Made by a program: the position numbers and the translations under genes
NCBI GenBank assembly: GCA_963666315.2
Contig: CAXXHG010000021.1
Coordinates: 128,001 to 192,000 of the forward strand
Origin: Candidatus Binatia bacterium
GTDB lineage: Bacteria; Desulfobacterota; Binatia; Bin18
Direction of reading: 5' to 3'
DNA length: 64,000 nt
The notes under the pieces: generated by a model
The model's database searches: none
The model's input: the letters and a program-made list of their open reading frames with translations, nothing else
What the model was told of the DNA's origin: nothing
Shown: piece by piece, positions 42,225 through 52,441 of the stretch
Layout of the letters: every line of letters begins with the position of its first letter
Position numbering within the stretch: the first letter of the stretch is position 1

Positions 42225-43463
42225 CTACGCCTGCCGCACTCGCGGCCCGGTCTCTTTGAGAAATAGAAAGAGAACGGCCGACAGCATATAACAGCCGCCC
42301 CAGAAGAAAAAACCCGCGGCTGGAGTGATATCAATCAGCCACATGCCGATGATGGGCGCGAGCACGCCACCCAGATAACCCGCAGTGATAGCAATGCCGA
42401 CGGCAGAGCCGGCCAGGCGGGGGCCAATGCCGTCCATTTCCAGCGGCACAACAAAGGCCAGCGGCGCGGCTCCGGCGGCAAAGCCCCACACCAGAGCGGT
42501 AATCCACAGCGGTGTCCCCAGGGCATAGGCAGCCACCAGCATGCATGCGCCGGCTATGAACATGCCGGGGAAGTAGAAGGTCTTTCGTAGTCCCACTCGG
42601 TCTGAGAGTGAGGGAAGGACCAGCGCGCCGACCACGAACGCCCACAGAATGAGCGAAAGAATAAAACCAGCCTCTGCCTGGGTCATACCCTGGACGTCAG
42701 CAAAATAGGTCGGCGCATAGCCGATGATACCAATATAGCCACCCAGGAACAGCATGTGGCACACGGAGAGCATCCAGATATCACGGATTTGGAGAACCTG
42801 ACGAATAGCCGCCAGCGTGCCCAATTGTTCAGTTTGACCTACAGTTGACTCTTCGGCTGCGGACTTCAGTGGCTCAGGCGTCCTATCTCGCACTGTCAGA
42901 AACCACAGCACGCCAATCGCGATAGTGGCAAAGCCTAAGAGATAGGTGAGGTTGCGCCAACCGCCGACCGGTTCTAGCACCAAAGGGGTGAGCACAGCGG
43001 ACAGGGCCCCGCCAACGCCGTAGCCGGCCTGGACTGCGCCATTGGCCAAGCCGAATTCTTCAGGGGCAAACCACATGCCCAGTGCTTTAGGAACGTTTGG
43101 AAAGGTCAGGGCCAGGGCCATGCCGAAGAGAAACATCCAGGCATACATTGAGCCAAAACTCGTTGCTGTGGCTCGCATCAGCAGGGTGGCGCCCATCAGC
43201 ACGACGCCCAGACCGACGATCTTTTGGACACCGTAACGATCGCCCAGGGCCCCGCCGACCATGGCAAAGACCAGCGTGCCAAGGGAGATGGCCGACCAGA
43301 GGGTGGCCCAGCTGGACAGATCTAATTCCAGGTCGGCAAGCACCTGGGCAACGACCATGACCATATACGTCCAGCCAAAGCCAAAGGCGACGGTGAAGAC
43401 CAGGACGCCATTCGCAAGAACGAGCCAACGATAGCTGCTTTTTGCCGCGCGTATGTCTGACAT
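42225..43463 (-). CDS. MFS transporter
   Basis: About 12 hydrophobic segments, GALGDRYG and LSDRVGLRK motif A copies. Confidence 0.92.
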   Translation of the reverse strand: MSDIRAAKSSYRWLVLANGVLVFTVAFGFGWTYMVMVVAQVLADLELDLSSWATLWSAISLGTLVFAMVGGALGDRYGVQKIVGLGVVLMGATLLMRATATSFGSMYAWMFLFGMALALTFPNVPKALGMWFAPEEFGLANGAVQAGYGVGGALSAVLTPLVLEPVGGWRNLTYLLGFATIAIGVLWFLTVRDRTPEPLKSAAEESTVGQTEQLGTLAAIRQVLQIRDIWMLSVCHMLFLGGYIGIIGYAPTYFADVQGMTQAEAGFILSLILWAFVVGALVLPSLSDRVGLRKTFYFPGMFIAGACMLVAAYALGTPLWITALVWGFAAGAAPLAFVVPLEMDGIGPRLAGSAVGIAITAGYLGGVLAPIIGMWLIDITPAAGFFFWGGCYMLSAVLFLFLKETGPRVRQA

Positions 43464-43495
43464 ACGCGCAGCCTGCCATACGCGGCTACCGTGGT

Positions 43496-46440
43496 CTATG
43501 GTCCGGTTGCCGCGTCCGTGCCCGTAATGGCAAAGTTCTGGAGACTCTGGACCCAGACGATAGTGGTATTCACACCCGGTTCGGGGAAGTCGGCAATCAC
43601 GAACTCGCCGCTCAATCCCTCGGCAAACTCTACGCCCAAAGTGGTGACCGTAAACGTGGTACTGGCGAATTCTACGCCGTCTGCCAGCACGCTAATGGTG
43701 TGCTCACCGTCGGTTAAGAGGTTCCAGTTGAGCAACGGGGAAAAGCCGTTGTTTTGATCCCCGCAGGTGCCTTCCGTATCTGCCCGCCCGGCACCGTAGG
43801 CGGCTTGGAGCGTGATTGTGTCGTCAATGACGATTTCGATGCTGACGGCATCACACACCCAGCCGCTGATGACGCCGACCCCACTGTGGGCTGTGCCTAG
43901 ACCGGGATTTTCGAGCCGCTGGGGGCCGCTGCCACTTGTCCCCCCAGTACCTGTACCCGCCGGCCCGATGATGAACGCCTGCAGGCCTTGCTCCCAGTGG
44001 ATGAGGGTCGTCACGTCCGGCTCGGGGAAGTCGGCCAAAGGGCATTCTCCGCTTAAGCCGGTCACAAACTCTTCGTCGCTAATGGCGGCCACGGTAAAGG
44101 TCACCCGGGCGAATTCCATGCCATTCACGCGGGCGCTCAGGGTATGCGTTCCTTCGCCCAGCAGGGTCCAGTTGATGAGCAGACCAAAGCCCGTGTCGCT
44201 GTGGCCACAGGCGGACTGCGTATCGGTCCGGCTCGTGCCGTGGATGGCCTCCAAAACGAAGAGGTCGTCAATGACAATATCAATGCGCCCGGCTTGACAC
44301 GTCCAGCCGCCAATAATGCCGATGCCGGCCTGGATGGAACCCGGCTGCGGGTTCTCGAGGTTTGCGGCCCCGATAGCCGAGGTCGCGCTCAAGACAGCAA
44401 CGAAAATCTCTGAGTTGCCGCCTGCATTGTTTCCGGTCAGGTTGGTGCCATCCGCCGCAACGGCGAAGAGTTCTTGCGCGGTGTCCGCCCGCCCGCCCAG
44501 CGGCGCGGTCGACGTAAAAACGATGACGCTGCCGTCTCCATTGATCGTTAAGCCCTGTAGGTTTAGGAGGGCACCGCTAGCGGCGACAAAGGGGCCGTTA
44601 GTTCCGGTGCTGGTGAAGGTCAGCTGACGCAAATTCGTTCCGTCAAAATTGACGCTAAAGAGTTCCACATTGCCGTCGGCATTCGTGCCGAGCAGATCGG
44701 CATTCGAGGTAAAGACAATGGTACTGCCGTCATCACTCAAGACCGGGAAAGCACTGCCCGTGGTTGCGTCTGCAGAGTCCGTGAGCTGGCTGATGGTTGG
44801 GGGAGCTGTCGACAGATCGGCCGCAAAGATCTCAAACGAACCATCCGGATTCGAGCCGACTGGGTCAGCGCTAGAGACAAAGGCCAGCCGCTTGCCGTCG
44901 CCGCTCAGGGACGGGGTGAAATTTTCATCGGTCCACGCCGTCACCAGGTTATCGCTGGTATCCGAAACCTGGTTTATGATTAAAGGCGCTGCCACTGCCG
45001 GTATTGTCAGACTCCAGCTCGTAATACAGGCCCGGCATAATGCACATATCGTCACTCGATTTAAAGCCGAACACGAGGTTTGCAGGCACGCACTTGCCGG
45101 TGCCAAAACCCGCGCAGTCCACATCTTCGCTGCACGCCAGGGTGGGCTGGAGCGGCGTGCCAGGTGCTACGCCTGCTTCTACTTCGCAGCCTAACTTGAC
45201 GTCACGATTGACCCCGTTGTCGTGGTGGCAGGTGTAGACTAAGCGTTATCCCGGCTCCAGGATGAGGGCGGGGTCAAAACTGAGCTGCCCCGGATCGGCA
45301 TAGTCGGTATTCACATACAGGTGCCGATTGCCTTCCGGGTCAACGGGCTCGTCGGCCGGATTTTTATCACTACCGTCATCGCCAACATAATCAATCGTGA
45401 ACAGGGTGCCCCGCCTATGCATATGTGAGGTCAGCCCAATCAGGGCCACTCGCGTGCTCGGAGACCAGTTCCAGCCGACGGTTTTAGTGGAGAACGGCGG
45501 CACATCGATCAAGGAGTTTGCCACAACGTCAAACAGATTCTTGGCTTCGTGTTCGACTTGGTCTGCGGGTACGATGTAGAAGTTCACTAAGACTTCGCCT
45601 TCCGTGTCTCCGTAGTAGTTGATGTAATGCACGTTCAGCAGCAGACCCTGGCGCGGCTGCAGTTTGAGCGCAATCCCGTCCTGGTACGCCACCTGGACGG
45701 TGGGCACTGCCGCGCCGGCAATTAACGCTTTCCGGAAGCTATCGTCCGGCCCTTCATCGGTACAGCCAACATCTTCGACGAACTCCGGCGGAAACGCCTC
45801 GCCCGAATCTTGATCCACACAATTCGGCGTCCCGTCTCCGTCATCATCCCGCTCACACGCATCGCCGTTGTACGGATAGACTATGAAATGGTGACTGCCC
45901 GGGCGCATCGAGATGTCATAACCAGAAACGTAAATTTGGTCCGTGTTGGGCAGACGCACAAACTGGCAGCCTTCGAGTTCCGCCGCATCTCCTATCGAGA
46001 AGGCCGGGATAGACACTTGAGTTCCCCCGCCGGCCGGTGGTGGAGCGAGAGGTTGAATCAGGGTTGTTCCCCAGCGAAATCTCCACCGCCCCCGTCAGCG
46101 CATTCCACTACCCCCTCTTCCGGGGCACCGGCGAGGATCCAATCCCCGATTAAATCGACTAAATCTGGACGCAGGGCAACAGCCCCTGCGTCCCCAGCGG
46201 CATGGCCGCCCCTTCTCCCGCCTCCAGTAAGGCATTGATTTTGTGCCACAGAAAACTATTGTCCAGATCGCCCGGCGCAACGAGCAGCTTGCCTGCGGCA
46301 CTGGTGGTGGGGTTGGCCGGGGTAATGCCCACCAAGTTGTGGTAGGCATCGTCCTCAAGAGACAGGCCCCCGGCTTGGAACGAGCCATGGCAGGACTGAC
46401 TTTCCGAGCAGTGCAAGCTGCGGGCATCTGCAGGCATCTA
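43496..46440 (-). pseudogene. Multidomain extracellular protein: cytochrome-c-like + copper type II monooxygenase + TolB-like propeller + tandem C-terminal repeats, fragmented
   Basis: CSESQSCH...MPLG; GSHHF, NVHY, HMH, DDMC; SLSGDGKRLAF/SDDGSTIVF repeats; two LENPxxG...GWxC domains. In-frame TAA at 45246 and several frameshifts. Confidence 0.65.
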
Positions 46441-46536
46441 CAGGCATGCGGTGGTGTTTCTCTCTGGCATGATTATCTCGGGTTTGGTATGGTCCACACT
46501 TCGGTGAGGAGAGGCTCGCATCAAGAAGGGGGACGT

Positions 46537-47652
46537 ATGCATACGCCTAGACTGGGTTGGTATTTTTTGATTGGGTGCTGTGCGGTTGGAATCACGATGC
46601 TGGGCTGCACCTCTAGCGAACAGCAGCAGACCTCATCCAAACAGGTCGAGCAGCAGGCTGAGCAGGAGAAGCCCGCGGCTGGGGTGGAAGCTGAATCTGC
46701 TGAAGCTGTGCCTGTTGCGACTGCTATACCTCCGCTTGAGCCAACGGACTACTACGATGTCATAGACCCGGACCTGAATTGTGAGGATGCGAATCGCTTC
46801 TCGGTCCGCACTGTCGAGCGTTTAGGCTATGAGGTAACTTCCTTCACGCCGGCTGTAGAGGACACCGAGGGCCGGATAGAGGCCAAGCAAATCGGCCGGT
46901 GGGGAGGGGAAGAGCAGGTGTCCGTCGTTATCGCATGCGGTCCGAAAGGCACCCGTATGAGGCCGCGCTCGAATGTTCTCCCGTGTGACCAAGCCAACAT
47001 AGTCATGCGTCAAGCGCTACGGAGTAGTGGTTTTACGATCACCTCGGATACTCCGGCAACGTTAGCTAGTGCCGGGATGATTACAGGTGAAAAGGAAGGC
47101 GCGAAACCCACCTCTGTTTCGATTACCTGCCATATCGACCGGAACCGTGTTGTGATGGAGATCAGTCAGGATAGTCCGCTTGTTGACAATGTCGACTTCT
47201 ATAAGGCGCTGTCCGATTTCCAACTCGGATTTTATACTGCATTTAACACGGCGGAGGGGCGGATAGCCCGCAACCCGGCGGATGAGGGTCGGTTGTATGT
47301 CAGTGTACGTCTGATGAATCTGGTTGATACCCAAATCGTGTTTGGGGCGAAGGATCTTAGGGTCCTGCCGCTCAAGGTCAATATCGCAAATCCGACCGAC
47401 CTCACGTATGTGCTGGAAACAGAAAAAATTGTCTTGCTAGAGGAATCCTCAGGAAAACGCATCAAACCCCTCAGTGCTGAGGAAGCGTCCCTGCCTACCC
47501 CCCCGCTGACCGATCGGCCGGTTGGTCCGGGGGCGAGTATTCAAGGCTATTTATACTATCCGCCCGGAACGTATACGGGCGCCCGCGGGTCCATGGCGGA
47601 ACGGCAGAGTCAGGAACGGGAAGGGTTTAGCGTCGAGTTCAAACCCTGGTAA
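46537..47652 (+). CDS. Putative lipoprotein of unknown function
   Basis: Lipobox MLGC after a hydrophobic segment, two Cys-containing internal repeats, GASIQGYLYY tail. Confidence 0.65.
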   Translation: MHTPRLGWYFLIGCCAVGITMLGCTSSEQQQTSSKQVEQQAEQEKPAAGVEAESAEAVPVATAIPPLEPTDYYDVIDPDLNCEDANRFSVRTVERLGYEVTSFTPAVEDTEGRIEAKQIGRWGGEEQVSVVIACGPKGTRMRPRSNVLPCDQANIVMRQALRSSGFTITSDTPATLASAGMITGEKEGAKPTSVSITCHIDRNRVVMEISQDSPLVDNVDFYKALSDFQLGFYTAFNTAEGRIARNPADEGRLYVSVRLMNLVDTQIVFGAKDLRVLPLKVNIANPTDLTYVLETEKIVLLEESSGKRIKPLSAEEASLPTPPLTDRPVGPGASIQGYLYYPPGTYTGARGSMAERQSQEREGFSVEFKPW

Positions 47653-47686
47653 GCTGGAGAGTCACACAGAGAATGGAGGGCGCTTC

Positions 47687-48775
47687 ATGGCAGATAAAAC
47701 GTATAAGGCTCAGATTGATAGAAAGAAGGTCCGGGAAACCGTCGAACATGCCTTCGGTTTCCTCAGCGGTGCAGTGGTGTCGGGCATGATTTATCTGGGG
47801 GATCGTCTAGGCCTGTACCAGGCTCTGGCGGGTGCTGGGCCGATGACAAGTGAAGAGTTGGCGCAGAAAACCGGCCTACATGAGCGGTGGCTCCGGGAGT
47901 GGCTCCAAGGCCAGGCAACGGCAAAGCTTCTTGACTACCCGGGCGATGGCCGTTTTGAACTCTCGGCTGAAGCCGCTTTGGTGCTGGCCGATGAAAATAG
48001 TCCAGCATTCGCGGCTGGTGGATTCTGTTCACTACCGCAACAGATGGCTGTCTTGGAACGCTTGCCTGAATCGTTCAAGACAGGACTAGGATTATCCTAC
48101 GACGCGTTTGGATCCGAGGGGGCTCGCCAGGTTGAGCGGATGGCTGCTCCGTGGCTGCGAGCACATCTTGTCCCTCGTATTCTGCCTCTGCTTGACGGGG
48201 TAGTGTCAAAACTTGAGGCTGGGGGAAAAGTGGTCGACGTCGGCTGTGGTACAGGGGCTGCCCTGATTGAGATGGCCAAAGTCTACCCGCGATCAGATTT
48301 TCGTGGATATGATATTTCACAACATGCGTTAGAGCGGGCGGAAGAAAACCGGGTTCAAGCTGGTGTACGAAATGTGACATTCCATGATGCTGGCCGGGAC
48401 CCTCTTCCTGAGGACAACAGTATCGACTTTGTGACGACTTTTGATTGCCTGCACGACATGGCGCATCCGAGTCAGGTGATCCACAACATTACGCAGGCCA
48501 TTAAGCCTGACGGGAATTGGTTAATCGCAGACATCAATACGTTACCGTCGTTTGAGGAGAACATGGCCCAGAATCCTCTTGCCTCCATGTGGTATGGATT
48601 CTCCGTTCTGTGCTGCATGTCGTCTGCTATGTCAGAGCCAAATAGCGAAGGTTTAGGAACCTTGGGGTTTACTGAACCAGTTGCCCGGGAGATGGTACAA
48701 AAGGCGGGCTTTACACGTTTTAAGCGTCTCGAAGTGAAGAATCTTGCGAATGCCTATTATGAGGTACGACCGTAG
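47687..48775 (+). CDS. wHTH-fused class I SAM methyltransferase (Rv2258c-like)
   Basis: YLGDRLGLY, GLHERWLREWL, DVGCGTG, FDCLHDMAHP, GLGTLG. Confidence 0.9.
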   Translation: MADKTYKAQIDRKKVRETVEHAFGFLSGAVVSGMIYLGDRLGLYQALAGAGPMTSEELAQKTGLHERWLREWLQGQATAKLLDYPGDGRFELSAEAALVLADENSPAFAAGGFCSLPQQMAVLERLPESFKTGLGLSYDAFGSEGARQVERMAAPWLRAHLVPRILPLLDGVVSKLEAGGKVVDVGCGTGAALIEMAKVYPRSDFRGYDISQHALERAEENRVQAGVRNVTFHDAGRDPLPEDNSIDFVTTFDCLHDMAHPSQVIHNITQAIKPDGNWLIADINTLPSFEENMAQNPLASMWYGFSVLCCMSSAMSEPNSEGLGTLGFTEPVAREMVQKAGFTRFKRLEVKNLANAYYEVRP

Positions 48776-48895
48776 TGTCTATTCTCTAAGAGTAAATATC
48801 CCCCCTTCGACAATCTCAGGGCGAACGGAAAAAGAGACTCTGTAGCTGGTCCGTTCGTGCTGAGCCCGCCGAAGTATGAACGCATGTGTAGACGC
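48773..48895. repeat. Palindromic cargo family A copy
   Basis: CCCTTCGACAATCTCAGGGCGAACGGAAAAAGAG...CCGTTCGTGCTGAGCCCGCCGAAGTATGAACG, located just after the upstream TAG stop. Right end not resolved. Confidence 0.7.
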
Positions 48896-48996
48896 GCTTT
48901 GCGCCTGAACATATCCCCACGGCCTGACTTTGTCAGCGCCTTCTCTTTCATCAGAGATTGGGATACACCGACTCCAATCTGTGTATGGAGGGTAAT

Positions 48997-50223
48997 GTGA
49001 AACCACTCGAAGGTCTCGTCGTCTTGGATTTAACCCGTTTTTTGGCGGGTCCGTACTGTACGCTGCTGCTGGGCGGGCTTGGTGCGGAGGTCATTAAGAT
49101 TGAGTCTCCGCATGGCGGAGAGGCGCATCGGAATCGGGCGCCCTTTGCTGGACCCCAAGGGGCCAGCATGTCTCGACAGACCGATGACGACATAGGCCTG
49201 ATGGTCCTACATCGGGCACGCAATAAGAAGAGTGTGACGCTGAATCTTCGTAAGCCTGAAGGTACCGAGCTGTTTAAACAGCTGGTGAAAAAAGCGGACA
49301 TTGTGGTAGAGAATTTCTCGCCTGGAACCATAGCTCAGATGGGGCTGAGTTATGCGACGCTCCAGGAGTGGAACCCGCGTATCATTCTGTGCTCTATTTC
49401 CGGCTTTGGCCAAGAAGGACCACGTCGTGATTGGCGCGCGTATGATCCGATTATCCAGGCTGCCAGCGGCATCAATAGTGTGACCGGCTTTCCGGATCAT
49501 CCCCCCGCGCGCTGTGGGGCGGCAATCAGCGATACCACGGCTCCGTTGTTTGCCGTCATCGGCATTCTGTCTGCGCTACAGCTGCGTGAGAAAACGGGTC
49601 AAGGCGAATGGGTGGATACCTCTATGCAGGATGGTACGTTTTTCTTGCTGCCGGATCTGATTGAGTATATGGCTGCGGGCGTGATGCCCAAACAGCGCGG
49701 GAATACCCATCCGGGCGGCGTCCCGTTCAACGTGTATCAGGCCCAAGACGGTTATGTCTCAATCTGTGCGGTGTCGGCACGAAACTGGAAGAGTTTGCTC
49801 GCAGCGCTCAAGCGGGAAGATTTGCTTGACGATCCAAGATTTGCGAACTTACAGAAACGTATGGAATTCCGCGATGACGTTGACGCTATCGTCCAGGCCT
49901 GGATTGAACAGCGTACGGTTGACGAGGCGGTTGTGTACCTCCAGCAGCATGAGGTCCCGGCCGGTCCGGTCTTGAGCCCGGCAGAACTGATCAAGGATGA
50001 GCATTTGATCCAGCGCAATATGGTCGTCGATGTCGTTCATCCCAAACATGGAGCCCTGCCCGGAGTCAAAGGTATTGGCATGCCCATTAAGTTTGTGGGT
50101 AAGTCGTTCGGATTCGATCAGCCCTGCCCGGAAGTGGGACAACACAATGAAGAAGTATACGCTGGCCTGCTTGAGCTCGATGAGGCCAGGCTTGGAGAGT
50201 TAAAAGAAAACGGGGTGATTTAG
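48997..50223 (+). CDS. CoA-transferase family III (CaiB/BaiF)
   Basis: PLEGLVVLDLT, GAEVIKIE, RNKKSVTLNL, VENFSPG, SGFGQEGP, YDPIIQA. Confidence 0.93.
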   Translation: MKPLEGLVVLDLTRFLAGPYCTLLLGGLGAEVIKIESPHGGEAHRNRAPFAGPQGASMSRQTDDDIGLMVLHRARNKKSVTLNLRKPEGTELFKQLVKKADIVVENFSPGTIAQMGLSYATLQEWNPRIILCSISGFGQEGPRRDWRAYDPIIQAASGINSVTGFPDHPPARCGAAISDTTAPLFAVIGILSALQLREKTGQGEWVDTSMQDGTFFLLPDLIEYMAAGVMPKQRGNTHPGGVPFNVYQAQDGYVSICAVSARNWKSLLAALKREDLLDDPRFANLQKRMEFRDDVDAIVQAWIEQRTVDEAVVYLQQHEVPAGPVLSPAELIKDEHLIQRNMVVDVVHPKHGALPGVKGIGMPIKFVGKSFGFDQPCPEVGQHNEEVYAGLLELDEARLGELKENGVI

Positions 50224-50259
50224 TACTGTCTTCTTGAATGGCCGAGAAGGAGAATCGCT

Positions 50260-51231
50260 ATGGGCATGATCATTGACGGTGTATGGCAGGCGGATGGTAA
50301 TGCGCAGCAAATTACAAATGGACGGTATATTCGGCGGGATAGTCAGTTTCGGGATTGGGTGACTGCCGACGGTTCGTCTGGGTTTAGGGCCGAGTCTGGT
50401 CGGTATCACTTATATATCGCCGTGAATTGTCCCTGGGCGCATCGCACGCGCATCTTTCGGACACTCAAACGGTTAGAGGATGTAATTTCTATGTCGATTG
50501 CCCTGCCGCGTCGGACGGACCAAGGCTGGGTGTTTGACCATGACGACCCACACTACCGCGATAATTGCCTTGGAATGCAGGCGCTGCACGAAGTTTATAG
50601 CCTTGCCCAAGCGGACTACTCCGGCTCGGTAACCGTGCCAACGCTGTGGGACACTGAACGGCGCACTATCGTGACCAACGAGTCATCGGAAATCATTCGT
50701 ATGTTGAACAGCGAATTTCAGGCGTTCACGGATGATCCGGCAGATTATTATCCGGAGTCGTTACGCACAGAGATCGACGCATTAAACGATGTCATCTACC
50801 CCACGGTGAATAACGGTGTGTACCGGGCCGGTTTTGCATCAACCCAAGGCGCGCAAGAAGAAGCATGTGCGGGCGTGTTTGTCACACTCGATCAGCTCGA
50901 AGAACGTCTCGCGGCGCAGCCCTATCTGCTTGGCGATCAACTGACCGAGGCCGACTGGCGGTTGTTTCCGACCTTGGTACGCTTCGACGCTGCCTACTAC
51001 GGAGCGTTTAAGTGCAACGTCCGGCGTATCGTCGATTATCCTAGCCTGTGGGACTATACGCGTGAGCTGTATCAGATGCCCGGCATCGCCGAGACCGTCG
51101 ATATAGAGATCTTTAAGCGTGGCTATTATTCGCCCAGCCCAATGCGCAATCCGTTTGGCATCGTGCCCAAGGGGGCGATGATCGACTTTTCTGTGCCGCA
51201 CGGACGAGGACGTCTACAGGCGTCCGCTTAG
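50260..51231 (+). CDS. Glutathionyl-hydroquinone reductase (YqjG/ECM4-like GST)
   Basis: CPWAHR, TVPTLWD, NESSEIIRM, NNGVYRAGFA, RLFPTLVRFD. Confidence 0.93.
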   Translation: MGMIIDGVWQADGNAQQITNGRYIRRDSQFRDWVTADGSSGFRAESGRYHLYIAVNCPWAHRTRIFRTLKRLEDVISMSIALPRRTDQGWVFDHDDPHYRDNCLGMQALHEVYSLAQADYSGSVTVPTLWDTERRTIVTNESSEIIRMLNSEFQAFTDDPADYYPESLRTEIDALNDVIYPTVNNGVYRAGFASTQGAQEEACAGVFVTLDQLEERLAAQPYLLGDQLTEADWRLFPTLVRFDAAYYGAFKCNVRRIVDYPSLWDYTRELYQMPGIAETVDIEIFKRGYYSPSPMRNPFGIVPKGAMIDFSVPHGRGRLQASA

Positions 51232-51259
51232 TGAAGCTGCATTGTAGGGAGTACCGAGA

Positions 51260-52336
51260 GTGCCTGAGACACAACGCGACAGCTTGCAGCTCGGTATCTT
51301 TATGCCCAACTGCAGCTACGCCTATTCGATTAGTACCTATAAACCTGAACCTGAGGATTGGACGTACGAATCCAATAAGAATATTGCGCAGGCGGCTGAG
51401 GTGGCTGGGTTTGATTTTCTGTTTCCGGTCAGCCGTTGGCGGGGGTTCGGGGGAGAGACAAATTATCTTGGCACGTCGCTCGAAACAATGACCTGGGCGT
51501 CCGCCATCCTGGCGGCTACCCGGAAAATTCGAGTGTACTCAACCGTGCATGTTCCAGTTTTTCATCCCTTAGTCGCGGCCAAGATGGGTGCCACGCTTGA
51601 TCATATAGGTCAAGGCCGCTGGGGGATTAACATCGTCAGTGGTTGGAGTGCAAACGAGTTCGGGATGATGGGAATCGAACTCCTGCCCCACGAGGAACGC
51701 TATCAGCGCACAACGGCGTTTATTGAGATCCTCAAAGGACTGTGGACTGAAGAGCCCGGCACTTTCGATCATGAGTCCCCCTGGTACCAAATCAAGGGCG
51801 GATATGTGATGCCGCAGCCCATGCACGAACCGCATCCGCCGATTGTGAACGCCGGTACGTCTGATGCTGCACGTGATCTTGTTGCCCGCTTGTGTGACTG
51901 GGCCTTTATTGCTCCCCCGTCTGCCGAAGCCACTCCCGAAATGTCACAAGATTTCAAGCAGCGTGCAGAACGCTACGGAAGACGGGTCCAGTGTGCGGGC
52001 ATGCCTTTTGTGCTGTGGCGGGAAACCGAGCAAGAGGCCCAGGCTGAAGTGCAACGCATTATGGATAACACCGATATGGTCGCGGCCCAGAACTGGGCGA
52101 GTGGGCTGAGCATAGGCAGTGAGTCTATGACTGACTTTACGCTCAAGATGTTCGCGCTTGGAGCAGGCGCCTTACCGGTTATAGGCACGGCGGAACAGGT
52201 CGCAGAACAATTGGCACGTTTGTATGAACTGGGTATGGATGGTCTGCTTATCGAATTTCTCCATTACCATGACGACACCGTTCGGTTTGGTAAGGAGATC
52301 GTACCTCTGCTACGGCAGCTGGGGGTGGTGAAGTAG
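51260..52336 (+). CDS. LLM flavin monooxygenase (RutA/SfnG-like)
   Basis: SRWRGFGGET, TVHVPVFHP, TLDHIGQGRWGINIVSGW, NAGTS. Confidence 0.88.
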   Translation: MPETQRDSLQLGIFMPNCSYAYSISTYKPEPEDWTYESNKNIAQAAEVAGFDFLFPVSRWRGFGGETNYLGTSLETMTWASAILAATRKIRVYSTVHVPVFHPLVAAKMGATLDHIGQGRWGINIVSGWSANEFGMMGIELLPHEERYQRTTAFIEILKGLWTEEPGTFDHESPWYQIKGGYVMPQPMHEPHPPIVNAGTSDAARDLVARLCDWAFIAPPSAEATPEMSQDFKQRAERYGRRVQCAGMPFVLWRETEQEAQAEVQRIMDNTDMVAAQNWASGLSIGSESMTDFTLKMFALGAGALPVIGTAEQVAEQLARLYELGMDGLLIEFLHYHDDTVRFGKEIVPLLRQLGVVK

Positions 52337-52441
52337 GGGGATCAGCGGAGAGACCCAGTCGGGTGACTGCGTGTTCTGTCCCCTCCATGCCGCCTCGATA
52401 GCTACACTGTAGCCTGGAACGCGGTGGAATCCTGGTCTGTT

